Shown: in pieces, positions 28,111-37,725 of the stretch
Layout: every line of letters begins with the position of its first letter
Position numbering within the stretch: position 1 is the first letter of the stretch
Assembly: GCA_903944345.1 (NCBI GenBank)
Contig: CAJARJ010000020.1
Location: 18,110 to 82,109 of the forward strand
Direction: 5' to 3'
DNA length: 64,000 nucleotides
Source of the DNA: Candidatus Omnitrophota bacterium
GTDB lineage: Bacteria > Omnitrophota > Gorgyraeia > Zapsychrales > Fredricksoniimonadaceae
Notes under the pieces: model-generated
What the model saw: only the letters and a program-made list of their open reading frames with translations
What the model was told of the DNA's origin: nothing
Databases searched by the model: none
Position numbers and translations under genes: made by a program

Positions 28111-28551
28111 CTAGAAAGTCGCCAGCCAGGTTTTGGCCCCTGCGTCATAGGAAAGTGTTTCCGCTTTCCCCCGAAACAATCTGGAAAGACCAGCCGCAGC
28201 ATTATCCGGCACACTCGAAAGCGCAATGTCCACCCGGGTGCGATCCGCTGTATTTGCGTTCACCCGATAATCACCGCCATAACTGTTTGCCCCCGTCGGG
28301 TCAAACGTAGCGGGCAAATACCCGGAACTCTTCATGGCTTCGATACTAATACCTTCATACGTCAGACTCATCACCGACAGATAGTTTTGCGCTGCCAGAC
28401 GCAGGTTATCAACCGACTGGGCCTCTCTTTGCAGACGTGCCTGCGCAGCCATCCCCCCTCCAGCACTAATCATGCCGACGAGCATGGCAATAAGTCCCAA
28501 TGCAATCGAAAGTTCAACAAGAGAAAAACCATCATTTTTGTTTACTCGCAT
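28111..28551 (-). CDS. Type IV pilin (probable major subunit)
   Basis: It has the prepilin leader and N-methylation motif MRVNKNDG|FSLVELSIALGLIAMLVG. It also has the strongest RBS of the operon (AAGGAGGAGCGG-ATG). Confidence 0.8.
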   Translation of the reverse strand: MRVNKNDGFSLVELSIALGLIAMLVGMISAGGGMAAQARLQREAQSVDNLRLAAQNYLSVMSLTYEGISIEAMKSSGYLPATFDPTGANSYGGDYRVNANTADRTRVDIALSSVPDNAAAGLSRLFRGKAETLSYDAGAKTWLATF

Positions 28552-28582
28552 CCGCTCCTCCTTTTTTATTTTAAAACACCCC

Positions 28583-29662
28583 TCATGGGTGCATCATCCC
28601 TATATTTGCCAGATTCCCATACAGCGGCCTGAAAAAGGCAAAAACCAGCAACGCCATCACCCCCGCACACAGAAGGATCAACGCCGGCTGCAAAAAATCA
28701 ACAACCCGCTTGACCCGGGACTCCAGAGAACGCCGGCATAGCTGGTAACCCCGGAAGAAATACTCGTCAAGGCATCCGGATAACTCCCCGACTCTAAGAG
28801 TCTCGCCAACCCAGGAAGGGAAATACGCATCCTGCAAAAACGCGGACGACAGCATCTGCCCGCTGACCAGTCTGGTCCGGCAAGAATTCATGTGATAACG
28901 AGTCCGGCCTCCCGACGCGACAGCTGCCTCCGCCAGAGATTCATCCAGAGTAATTCCGCTTTTAAGCATCAACGACAACAGAAAAAATCCCATGGCCAGC
29001 TCCCGATCCCGAATCAGTCGCCCCACAAAAGGACACCGGGCCTGCCAGCCCGAGAACACAAGCGGCTCGGTTCTTTGCACCAGCCAAAGTCCGCCAACGA
29101 TAAGTAAGACAATTCCCAGCCAAAACGGCCACTGCATCCTCACTGTGCAAGCCAGACGCAACATGCCCCCGGTCAAAGGCCCGGAAAAAGTGCTCTGCGG
29201 CAAAAGGCTGCCCAGCCGCGGAACAATCTCGAACGAAATATAACCGGCAACCAAAAGCAGAATGACCAGCACAAACAAAGGATATCCCATAGCTCCAGCC
29301 AGCTGATGTCCTACCTCGTCGCTGGCATGGTAATATTCCGCCAAAGCCCGGGCTGAACGGGAAATTTGTCCTGCCTTGCCGGCAGCGTTGAGTGCGCGCA
29401 AGGCACATTCTTCGAAAATACCGCACTCCCCCATGGCCTGCCCAAGAGACAAGCCCCGGTCAAGGGAACGAAGCATATGCGCACAGGCCCGCGCCAGCGT
29501 CCGGCTTCCGGAAGCCCCTTCGAGGCAGCGCAGCGCGGCACCAAGCGAGAGTCCGGCAGAAAGCATGTTGGAAAGATCTTCGAAAAAGAACGCGGCCTCA
29601 GCCGCCGACAGCTTCTGCCCGGAATAGAATATCCTTAACCAAGAACCCTGACCGCTTCGCAT
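28583..29662 (-). CDS. Type II secretion / type IV pilus platform protein (GspF/PilC family)
   Basis: It has two repeats of the T2SSF pattern (FFFEDLSNMLSAGLSLGAAL; FFLLSLMLKSGITLDESL) and three TM blocks. The start is set at the ATG at 29662, which has a GGAAGGAG RBS; the ORF-track start at 29854 would overlap the ATPase gene by 220 nt. Confidence 0.8.
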   Translation of the reverse strand: MRSGQGSWLRIFYSGQKLSAAEAAFFFEDLSNMLSAGLSLGAALRCLEGASGSRTLARACAHMLRSLDRGLSLGQAMGECGIFEECALRALNAAGKAGQISRSARALAEYYHASDEVGHQLAGAMGYPLFVLVILLLVAGYISFEIVPRLGSLLPQSTFSGPLTGGMLRLACTVRMQWPFWLGIVLLIVGGLWLVQRTEPLVFSGWQARCPFVGRLIRDRELAMGFFLLSLMLKSGITLDESLAEAAVASGGRTRYHMNSCRTRLVSGQMLSSAFLQDAYFPSWVGETLRVGELSGCLDEYFFRGYQLCRRSLESRVKRVVDFLQPALILLCAGVMALLVFAFFRPLYGNLANIGMMHP

Positions 29663-31245
29663 AACGACAACACTCCTTCCCTGACCAAACGACATGCATC
29701 TGCACGCATAGAAACAAACCCCGCGCGGGCGGCCTGCCGGGGCACAAGTTCGCTCATTAACCCCTGCTCGATAAGAAACCGGTCTTCTTCCTCTATACAG
29801 AAAATCTCGGCCACCACTGTCCTCCCGCTGAAGCCACCCCGGCAAGCGGAGCACCCAGCGGGGACAAAAAATTTCCGGTCACTGTGCAAAAGATATGCCT
29901 CGGCACCCGAAGGGATGCCACGGATATCCCCTTCCTTACGGCATTCCGGGCACAATTTACGCACCAGACGCTGGGCTATCACACAATTTAAAGTTGCGGC
30001 CAGATGCGCCCAATCCACGCCAAGGTCTCGCAGACGAAGAAAAGCTCCGGTCGCACTATTGGTATGCAGAGTAGAAAAAACCCGATGTCCGGTCTCTGCC
30101 GCCCGGACAGCCTCGCGAGCGGTTTTCTCGTCGCGAATCTCTCCGACCAGTACAATATCCGGATCATGCCGCAACAAGGCTCTGGTCACATCCGGAAAAT
30201 CGTATCCCTTGGCGCTGTCAACACTGACCTGGGTGACACATGAAGCCCGTACTTCAACCGGATCTTCCACAGATACGATCTTGATCTCGCTATCTTTTAC
30301 CCGACCGATCATGGCATGCAGTCCAGTGGTCTTACCGCAACCGGTCGGACCGGTGATTAAAACCAGTCCATGCGGACGCCGCAAGACGCGCTCCAGCACC
30401 TTCTGGTGTTCCGGCGAATATCCAAGCGGTTCCAGGGACATGGCTTCCCGCCCGCGTTCCAAAAGACGCAAAACCAGCGCAGAACCATTTAAAGACGGCA
30501 AATGGGAAACACGCACATCGACGACCCGTCCCCTGGCCTCAAATTCGAAACGGGCATCATGGAAACGCAAAAAGTCCCCCGCGCTGATCCCGGCACGCCG
30601 AAAAACCCGATTGACAAAAAATGGATGCTCTCCCAGCGGCCAGGAACGGTGAAAATGCAAAACACCGTCGATACGCAACCGGCTCTCGAAAGAAGACGAC
30701 GAAGGCTCGATATGAATATCTGTTGCTCCGGCAACTACAGCCTCGACCAGAATCCGGGCAACAGGATCATCGTCACCGGAATCCGCCCCTTCCGGTTCAG
30801 GACTGACACCACCGCCTGAAGAAGGCCTCAACAACTGCAAGGCCCGGTCAAGAGCACGCGGGGCGGCAACCATAAAAAAGATCTGCGAACCAAAAAGAGC
30901 CCTTAACTCATCGGTCAGTCCGGTCTGCAGGGTATCAGCCAGCACAAAAAATCGGCGTACGGCGCTCCGGGCCGGAAAAATCTTGCGCTTCCTGAAAAAG
31001 TCTTCCCCCAAAGCAGACAAAGCCTCCTGATCCACGCTCCAGTCTCCGTCATAATACGGCCACCCCGACTGCTCTGCTACAGCCCGCGCCACATCTTCTT
31101 CCCGACTCAAATGCTGTTCGACCAGTATCCGTCCCAGACGCCGGCCGCCGCCCTGCGCTTTTTGCACGGCCAGACACATGCTCAAATCTCCTGGACGCAA
31201 CTTATTGCGGCGTATAAGTATAGATCCAAGCCTTTCAGCACTCAT
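29635..31245 (-). CDS. Type IV pilus / T2SS assembly ATPase (PilB/GspE family) with an MshEN-like N-terminal domain
   Basis: The Walker A motif is GPTGCGKTT. The Asp box and Walker B lie at IVSVEDPVE...VLVGEIRD. The His box is TGHRVFSTLHTN. The tetracysteine motif is CPEC...CSAC. Confidence 0.9.
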   Translation of the reverse strand: MSAERLGSILIRRNKLRPGDLSMCLAVQKAQGGGRRLGRILVEQHLSREEDVARAVAEQSGWPYYDGDWSVDQEALSALGEDFFRKRKIFPARSAVRRFFVLADTLQTGLTDELRALFGSQIFFMVAAPRALDRALQLLRPSSGGGVSPEPEGADSGDDDPVARILVEAVVAGATDIHIEPSSSSFESRLRIDGVLHFHRSWPLGEHPFFVNRVFRRAGISAGDFLRFHDARFEFEARGRVVDVRVSHLPSLNGSALVLRLLERGREAMSLEPLGYSPEHQKVLERVLRRPHGLVLITGPTGCGKTTGLHAMIGRVKDSEIKIVSVEDPVEVRASCVTQVSVDSAKGYDFPDVTRALLRHDPDIVLVGEIRDEKTAREAVRAAETGHRVFSTLHTNSATGAFLRLRDLGVDWAHLAATLNCVIAQRLVRKLCPECRKEGDIRGIPSGAEAYLLHSDRKFFVPAGCSACRGGFSGRTVVAEIFCIEEEDRFLIEQGLMSELVPRQAARAGFVSMRADACRLVREGVLSLCEAVRVLG

Positions 31246-31697
31246 AACTCCACCCTCAGGACAATAGTTTCCCCCTGCGCACCTGTCAGAATTGCACCAT
31301 TTTCATCAAGCGAACTGACTTCAAAACCGCCAACACGCTCTTTTTCCCTTGCCCAAACTTGCTGGGCATCAAACTGAAAACAGCCCCGCCAAATCCCCGC
31401 GATAGAAACAACCGAACGCAAGGATAGCGTCAGCGACTGCGCCCGGGAAACCCCGTCCTTCGCTATATCACTGACCTGCAATGGGATATCCGTCCCTATT
31501 TTTTTTAACTCGTGCTCTACTCTGGCTTTTTCCAGATCAAGCTGCAACAGACGCAAGGATTGCTCTTTATCCTGCACACTGGAAGAATATGCTCTTAAGC
31601 GCGACAAAGATTCCTTCATATCCTCTTCTCCTGCTCTGACCGGACCTGACTGCAGCAAAAATGCTGCCACAATTACGGCTATTCCTGTTTTGATCAT
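31242..31697 (-). CDS. Periplasmic coiled-coil protein, PilP-like by position
   Basis: It has a signal peptide (IAVIVAAFLLQSGPVRAGE), a coiled coil and a short beta-rich C-terminus. It has ATGA overlaps at both ends. The assignment is positional only. Confidence 0.35.
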   Translation of the reverse strand: MIKTGIAVIVAAFLLQSGPVRAGEEDMKESLSRLRAYSSSVQDKEQSLRLLQLDLEKARVEHELKKIGTDIPLQVSDIAKDGVSRAQSLTLSLRSVVSIAGIWRGCFQFDAQQVWAREKERVGGFEVSSLDENGAILTGAQGETIVLRVEL

Positions 31698-32188
31698 CCT
31701 TTCACCTGCTCCCCTTTCACAACAATGACCAGCGTTAATACATCTTTTGTTTGTTTAAACTCTTCGAGCTCGAACAATCCTGAACGCATCCCCCCCGAGA
31801 TCACCGCCAACACCCGGCCCAGCATGGCCCGGTCACGGACAGACCCCAGCGATACCTGCAGGCGCGAAGAGTCCAACCCGTCGGCAGCCTCTGGCGAATC
31901 TGTGGAGGTCTGCCCCAAAGAGATTGTTTGCAGAAACACCGAAACTCCTTCCGCCCGGGTCAGATCCTGCAAAAATAGCGTCAGTCGTTCATGCGCCCCT
32001 GAAAGATCATCCGGTCGGCTGTGCGGTAAACTTTGCAAATTCTTTAAACGGCCCCCATCTTGCTGTAACCGGACACGAATCTCCTGCAAGGAAGTCTCCA
32101 CTGCGCGGACAGACTGGTAAACCCCAAGACCATTGTATAAACAGGACACAACCAATCCGCCGGCAAACAGCACAAGAAACAAGCGCAT
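31694..32188 (-). CDS. Bitopic inner-membrane protein, PilO/GspM-like by topology
   Basis: It has a single N-terminal TM (LFLVLFAGGLVVSCLY), a coiled coil and a small periplasmic domain. The assignment is positional. Confidence 0.35.
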   Translation of the reverse strand: MRLFLVLFAGGLVVSCLYNGLGVYQSVRAVETSLQEIRVRLQQDGGRLKNLQSLPHSRPDDLSGAHERLTLFLQDLTRAEGVSVFLQTISLGQTSTDSPEAADGLDSSRLQVSLGSVRDRAMLGRVLAVISGGMRSGLFELEEFKQTKDVLTLVIVVKGEQVKG

Positions 32189-32210
32189 ACCTTCCCTCTC
32201 TCAACAGACA

Positions 32211-33338
32211 TTAAAATCGCGGCTCAACCCGTACAGAGACCTCGACTGCCGGCCGTCCACCCTGAAAAATGCGGTTCAGCTTTCTTTGATGAAAAAGACC
32301 CTCCCGACCAAAACTTCCTTCTCCGCGCACAACAAGAACCGCACCAAAATGCCCTCCGCCTTGCGCATCAGCCCGCCATTGCAGGCTCGCCACAGTCCAT
32401 TCGGGCGGCATATTCCAGATCAATTGATAGAACAACTCATCAAGATTCACTGCCTGCCGGCGGCGCAAGCGTTCCTGATAGGTCTGCGCCAATGCCGAAC
32501 GCAGCAACACATACTGACTGTCCACCTCACGGCTCAACTCCGCACGTAAACTTTCCAACCGGCCAAGATGCTGACGCATAAAAAGATTACCGACGACAAG
32601 CAGACAACCAGTCCCCGCTACCAGTGCCCCTATAACCCAGGATCTTCGGCGACGCACAGAGGTTTCACGGCGTGAAAGCTCCTCAGGGGGCAGGAACCCG
32701 GTTGCAGGATTCCAGAAGCCCGCCGCCAGAAGCCCCGGCGACCCGGCGTCCATCCGCCGGGTCCGCCATCCGGTCTGTGCGGATATTTGCTCAAGACAGG
32801 GATGATTCGAAATTATGCACCGTTTATCCACAGCTGTGCACAACCTGGCACTGCGATGCAGTTCTTCCACTAACGCAGCAGTCTCCAAAGAAGGAAATTC
32901 ACGCGTCTCAACCACCCTGCCGTCCTCGATCACTGTAAGCAAGACCAAACCGCAGATTTCTTCAAGCACCATAACGACTCCGTCAGGAATACCCTGCTCG
33001 TGCCTGACAAAATATTGAGCGACCGCAAGCCCATACGGCGCGCAGCAGGCAATATTGTTCCCGGGGAACAGAGAAAAAATTTCACGGATCCGTTCAACCG
33101 GCATGGCCGCCAAAGAGAATCCCCCACCAGGCAGGCTTTGCTCCATATAAACATTGCTCTGCCCGGATGAAGTCTTGCTGTATGTCTTTTTATCCTCAAA
33201 AACAACCCCGGTCACCAGAACCTGTACCGGCTCCCGGAGAAATGAAAATTCGTCCTTAACGGCATTTCTGGGTATACGACGCAATTGTCCTTGCGTTTCA
33301 TAAATCACGCTGTCAAAAGTAAATACAAGTGTCATCAC
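32211..33338 (-). CDS. Bitopic assembly protein, GspL / PilM-PilN-fusion-like (R64 PilO position)
   Basis: It has a cytoplasmic domain of about 225 aa, one TM (SWVIGALVAGTGCLLVVGNLF), a periplasmic coiled coil and an alpha/beta domain. It has an ATGA overlap with the secretin gene. Confidence 0.4.
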   Translation of the reverse strand: MMTLVFTFDSVIYETQGQLRRIPRNAVKDEFSFLREPVQVLVTGVVFEDKKTYSKTSSGQSNVYMEQSLPGGGFSLAAMPVERIREIFSLFPGNNIACCAPYGLAVAQYFVRHEQGIPDGVVMVLEEICGLVLLTVIEDGRVVETREFPSLETAALVEELHRSARLCTAVDKRCIISNHPCLEQISAQTGWRTRRMDAGSPGLLAAGFWNPATGFLPPEELSRRETSVRRRRSWVIGALVAGTGCLLVVGNLFMRQHLGRLESLRAELSREVDSQYVLLRSALAQTYQERLRRRQAVNLDELFYQLIWNMPPEWTVASLQWRADAQGGGHFGAVLVVRGEGSFGREGLFHQRKLNRIFQGGRPAVEVSVRVEPRF

Positions 33339-34792
33339 AAGCCCTCCCTTGCGGGCGTCAGCATAATGACCAGTTCACTTCGGACACTCCGGCGGGTATC
33401 ATAAGAAAAGATACGCCCCAGAAACGGCAGACGGCCAAGAACCGGAACCCCGTGATGTCTGACCAGCGTATTGCGGGTAATAAGCCCACCAATAACTGCG
33501 GTCTGGCCAAAACGCAAACGCACCATGCTGCTCATCGATTTGACTGATGTTTCCGGAGCCTCAACCCGCGCGCCCTGGCCTAGCTCAACCGAACGGATAT
33601 CGTCAATCATGCTGACCACCGGAGTCACATTGATAAAAACCTCATCTCCAACAATATTCCCCATTAACTGCAGGGTCACTCCTCCATGCACATCCCCCAG
33701 GGTGACCGCGCTGATGGTCTGCCCCGTCTGGCTCATTGTGATGCCGCTCGAATCAATATAAGACCGGGTTTGCCCGACCTGGATACCGGCCAGGGTATTG
33801 TTCAGCATCGTAACCCGCGGCTGGGACACCACCTCAACCCGGCCAAAAACCTCCAGCGCGCGGATCAAGGATGTCACCCCTCCCTGGATTGCCCCTTGCC
33901 CATCTTCTGCTGACAGTTTCAAATAACCTCCGCCAGCAACATTCTCCCCGGAAAAATCCACCACGGCATTCAGGCTGTCCCGGCCTTTACGCTGAAGTAA
34001 TACGTTCCAGTCAATCCCCAGCTTGTGTTCGTTGGAAAGTTCGACTTCAACCAACTTGATATCGGCAAAGATCTGCCGCGACACCCGGGCATTGATTTCA
34101 TCCATAAATGAAGCCACCCGGCTCAACGCCACCGGCGCATCGGTAACCACCGCCAGTCCTCCGCTGCGATTCAGCGAGAGTGTCCCTGCCGGGGTCAACA
34201 AAGAACGGATATTGCGTTCAATATCATCCCAATACGACAACTCGCCGCTTTTGTTCTCCAGAAAAAGACCCGCCCCCACACGCACTCGTCCGGAGGCGCT
34301 ATTCTCTCCCGTCTGCACGCCTCCAGCCCGGCTTTCATTTGATGTCAGGCTTTCCCCTTTCTGCACAACCGGAGGAAGAAATACAGAGAAAATCCTGGTC
34401 TCGCTGGCCAGGACAACAAGATCTTCGCCCTGCTGCCGGACACCATAACCATCAGCATAAACAACGGCTTCCAATGCCCGTTCGACCGTAACCCCGGACA
34501 ACCGCAGATTGATCTCTTTGTCCCGAACACCCGGGCCGATAATCAGATTCTTACCCGCCGCATCGGCCATCAGCTGTAACACTTCATACAAACGAAAACG
34601 GCCGTTGAGCTTGACCGGCAGCGTCGGGGTTTGCTCCGGCATCTGCGCTATGGATTGACGTTCTTCCTGAATAGCCGCCGGACGGGCAGCAACACGTGCC
34701 CATTCTTCGGCCACAACCTTGTTTTCCTGCATCTCGGCCTTGGCCGGAACACTCAACAACATAAGACCCAAAAGCACCCACCCTGTTTTCAT
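33335..34792 (-). CDS. Secretin (type II/IV pilus secretin family, PilN/PilQ-like)
   Basis: The signal peptide is MKTGWVLLGLMLLSVPAKA. The C-terminal secretin signature is VVSQPRVTMLNNTLAGIQVGQ...TAVIGGLI...VPVLGRLPFLGRIFS...ELVIMLTP. The start at the ATG at 34792 has an ATGA overlap and an AAGGAGAG RBS. Confidence 0.85.
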   Translation of the reverse strand: MKTGWVLLGLMLLSVPAKAEMQENKVVAEEWARVAARPAAIQEERQSIAQMPEQTPTLPVKLNGRFRLYEVLQLMADAAGKNLIIGPGVRDKEINLRLSGVTVERALEAVVYADGYGVRQQGEDLVVLASETRIFSVFLPPVVQKGESLTSNESRAGGVQTGENSASGRVRVGAGLFLENKSGELSYWDDIERNIRSLLTPAGTLSLNRSGGLAVVTDAPVALSRVASFMDEINARVSRQIFADIKLVEVELSNEHKLGIDWNVLLQRKGRDSLNAVVDFSGENVAGGGYLKLSAEDGQGAIQGGVTSLIRALEVFGRVEVVSQPRVTMLNNTLAGIQVGQTRSYIDSSGITMSQTGQTISAVTLGDVHGGVTLQLMGNIVGDEVFINVTPVVSMIDDIRSVELGQGARVEAPETSVKSMSSMVRLRFGQTAVIGGLITRNTLVRHHGVPVLGRLPFLGRIFSYDTRRSVRSELVIMLTPAREGL

Positions 34793-35220
34793 TCGAGCTC
34801 TCCTTGCGTAATTTTCTGCCCCGATCCCGGCATCGGGGTTATGTCTGCGACAATAAACGCCCCGGAATGCGTCGGCGATTGCACCACTGGTACTGACAAA
34901 GGGAAAGCTCCGCTTTTCTTCCATTCCCCCGGGGTGATAATGACCGGCTCGGCATGCCGGGGATAAAAAACACCATCGGCAATATGCGCCGGAATGATCA
35001 CATCCTGAACCAGAGGAGCGCTCCAGCTGCCGTCAAGATACGGGAAATCATTACCGTTTAACCCTTCAACCACGTCTCCTATCTGTGCCGACACACCGGC
35101 TCGATACCCCTGCAAATACGTACCGCGTTCCCTGCGGCTGAAGTTCTTCTGCCCCACGCAACCGGCAGAGGCCAGCAGAACAACCACCAATCCCACCCAA
35201 CATCCCCTAACGTAACCCAT
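34789..35220 (-). CDS. Small putative lipoprotein at the T4SS/T4P junction (PilM or pilotin position)
   Basis: The start is trimmed to the ATG at 35220. The N-terminus is MGYVRGCWVGLVVVLLASAGCVGQ, with a lipobox-like SAGC. No motif is recognised. Confidence 0.4.
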   Translation of the reverse strand: MGYVRGCWVGLVVVLLASAGCVGQKNFSRRERGTYLQGYRAGVSAQIGDVVEGLNGNDFPYLDGSWSAPLVQDVIIPAHIADGVFYPRHAEPVIITPGEWKKSGAFPLSVPVVQSPTHSGAFIVADITPMPGSGQKITQGELE

Positions 35221-37723
35221 GTGGCATCTTTCCGGCGCACACCATAAGCGCCCTGGTGAGGTTCCCATCCTGTTGACGACGAATTTCATCCAGAAATTCG
35301 TTCTCCCTGGCATCGCTGGTTGCCGCCCAATACAAAAAAGGATCAGGAGCCAGACGAATGACCCCGCCGCCTGTACCGGCAAGCAGCAAAGCTTCTGAAT
35401 AGCGCCCCCGCACCGTAACCAGAGAACGCAAAAGTTCCCCGGTCTGCGGACTAAAGGCCAGCTCCCGGCACAACCGTTCAATAATCCCGCTTTCCTGACG
35501 TAAAAATATCTTGTGCGCGCTATTCGCCAGGATGGCCAATCCTGCCGGCTGCTGCAACAAGTCAGCGGTTTCCTGGGTCACCGCCACAGCCGCACAGCGA
35601 TATTTCCGAAACGTTTTGAAAGCCGCCGAAATGAAATCCGCTGTCGATGACGTTTTTAACAACTGCCAGGCCTCATCAATAATCAGAAACTTGTTTTTAC
35701 CGCGCAATTCCTCGGCCGAAACAAAGCCGGTTATCAAAAACATGATATTAAGCAAGGCCACCAGTTGCAGATCCGGGTAACGGGAGATTTGTGCCAGTTC
35801 AAAGACCGTAAAACGTCCTCCGGGTGCAAATTGATTCTGCCCGTCAAAGAAAGCCCCATACTGTCCCCTGCGGGTATAGGGCATAAGTCGCAGGGCCAGG
35901 CGAAACGCCATATCTGCTCCGCTGACCCCGGCGAAACAAACCGAAGGATCTTCCAGAACGGATACCACATCGCTTAGAACCAGCTCCCGACTACTGTTTT
36001 GATCATGCCGGGCATACGCCTCCAGCACAGCCAGATGCAGAACCCCTTTCTCTTCCCGCGAAAGGCGGTCACGTTCGTCCCCTCCGCTGGCCATTAATGC
36101 CAGCATATCTACCAGAAAAGCCAGCCCCTCGGACTGAAGCGTCCTGGCAAAAGGATTTATCAACACCGGGGAAGACATATCGAGTGAAACATAGCTGCCA
36201 CCCAGCACCTCGCAGGTCTTCCGGTAAGAGTGCCCCTTGTCGAGCACAAAGAAATGCGCTCCGGTCCGGTAGTTCTGATGAATAAAATCATTGGTAAAAA
36301 ATGATTTCCCTGCTCCTGAAGCGCCAATAATCACCGCATGCGGATTGGTGTCGGAATCAAACAGATCGAAGAACACCGGCTCCCCCCTGCGGTTAAGATA
36401 AACCGCCGCCGGCGTGCCAGTTCCCTGGAAGGCCCCATATAAAGGAAGCATATCCGCAAGATTGTCCGATAACATTCGCCTTTTACGTCGGATAAAAGGT
36501 TCGCGGCGATGATCATAATTCAATGGCAGGCAAGTCAGAAACAATGACGACCCGATAGCATCTTCCCGCACAGCCTGCATTCCACTGCGGCCCAGAAGAT
36601 GAATAATATGATCGGCCTGTCGCAACGACTCCTGCTCGTCAACACTGCCGCAGACAAAATGAATCCTGGCCTCAAGAACCGACTGTCCTCCCTGAAAAAG
36701 CCGGCTAATGACCGCACTAAGCTCTTCTTTCTTGCCTACGGCCTCCTCGCTGACATCTCCCAGCGAGGAAGACCGACGGATGAAAGCAAAAGCTTTCTGT
36801 GCCTTGAGCTTGGCGAGCGCCCGGCTCTGATCAGGCACAATAAAGTTGAAGACCATAGCCATATCGCCCAGCTCATCCCAGAAGCTTCCTCTGTGCCCGG
36901 CCAGCAACATCCCGGCGAAAGTCTGTGCGGGAAGCTCTTTAATGGTGACCATCCGCAGGGTCGTGCCGTCAAGTTTCAGCCCTTCGGAAGATATTTTCAC
37001 CGGACTATACAAAAGCTGATCCCGAATAAAACCCTGATCCCGAACGGGAGGCGGAACATGCTGCGAACGGCGGGGATTGAGCATTTTATACAAAAGAGCA
37101 GTTATGTCCTTTCCATCCAGGCAGACACAGGCAAGCCCCAGTGAACGCAGACCATTCTCGATCTGGCGAACCTGCCGCAAAAATTTCTCTTTATGTTCCT
37201 GCCATTGAAGAGAAATGACGCGTGACACCTGACGAGTATCACAAAAGAAAGCCTCTGCCCTGACCCCGCCAGGCACATTCCGCCAGGAAGGAAAGACGCG
37301 CACCGAGAAAATCAGCCTGATCCGCCTGACTTTCACTCGGTCCATCGTTTGTCCGTTTCGCGCCAGTGCGACCATGGAGGTCAAACGGCTGTCAAGCGCT
37401 GCGGCCACCACTTCCGAATTCTGCGCGCAACCAAACAAGCGATAACGCTCCAGCAAAGGCTCAATATCATCACTCCCCCATAGAATCACCTGCGCGTGTA
37501 CATCCGACGGAAGAGTTCCGATAAAAGCGGCCAATCCCAAAGAAAATTTTTCCCGCTCCTCGTCACAGGCCAGCTCCACATCACGGCTGACGATTTGCCA
37601 GACCCGACCCAGGCTGCCATCAACATTCAGTAATACGCCCTCAACCTCTTCTGCATAGGGCAAGTAATCAGCCAAAGATGGGCCATCGGCAAAAAGCTTG
37701 TTTATATCCTGGTCTTTCAACAT
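35207..37723 (-). CDS. traC: TraC/VirB4-family T4SS ATPase
   Basis: It is 838 aa. The N-terminus is F-TraC-like (LPYAEEVEGVLLNVDGSLGRVWQI). Walker A is IIGASGAGKSFF and Walker B is FLIIDEAWQLL. Confidence 0.9.
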   Translation of the reverse strand: MLKDQDINKLFADGPSLADYLPYAEEVEGVLLNVDGSLGRVWQIVSRDVELACDEEREKFSLGLAAFIGTLPSDVHAQVILWGSDDIEPLLERYRLFGCAQNSEVVAAALDSRLTSMVALARNGQTMDRVKVRRIRLIFSVRVFPSWRNVPGGVRAEAFFCDTRQVSRVISLQWQEHKEKFLRQVRQIENGLRSLGLACVCLDGKDITALLYKMLNPRRSQHVPPPVRDQGFIRDQLLYSPVKISSEGLKLDGTTLRMVTIKELPAQTFAGMLLAGHRGSFWDELGDMAMVFNFIVPDQSRALAKLKAQKAFAFIRRSSSLGDVSEEAVGKKEELSAVISRLFQGGQSVLEARIHFVCGSVDEQESLRQADHIIHLLGRSGMQAVREDAIGSSLFLTCLPLNYDHRREPFIRRKRRMLSDNLADMLPLYGAFQGTGTPAAVYLNRRGEPVFFDLFDSDTNPHAVIIGASGAGKSFFTNDFIHQNYRTGAHFFVLDKGHSYRKTCEVLGGSYVSLDMSSPVLINPFARTLQSEGLAFLVDMLALMASGGDERDRLSREEKGVLHLAVLEAYARHDQNSSRELVLSDVVSVLEDPSVCFAGVSGADMAFRLALRLMPYTRRGQYGAFFDGQNQFAPGGRFTVFELAQISRYPDLQLVALLNIMFLITGFVSAEELRGKNKFLIIDEAWQLLKTSSTADFISAAFKTFRKYRCAAVAVTQETADLLQQPAGLAILANSAHKIFLRQESGIIERLCRELAFSPQTGELLRSLVTVRGRYSEALLLAGTGGGVIRLAPDPFLYWAATSDARENEFLDEIRRQQDGNLTRALMVCAGKMPHGLR

Positions 37724-37725
37724 CT

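Noticed and set aside
34789-35481. Long N-terminal extensions of track ORFs into upstream genes. Examples are 34789-35481, 33335-34924, 28583-29854, 13164-14246, 24993-26363, 39920-40576 and 59839-60486.
   Set aside because: The extensions overlap confidently coding neighbours by 80-270 nt and encode implausible sequence. Internal ATGs preceded by RBS and followed by signal peptides or family N-termini give compact ATGA or short overlaps, so I trimmed the starts.
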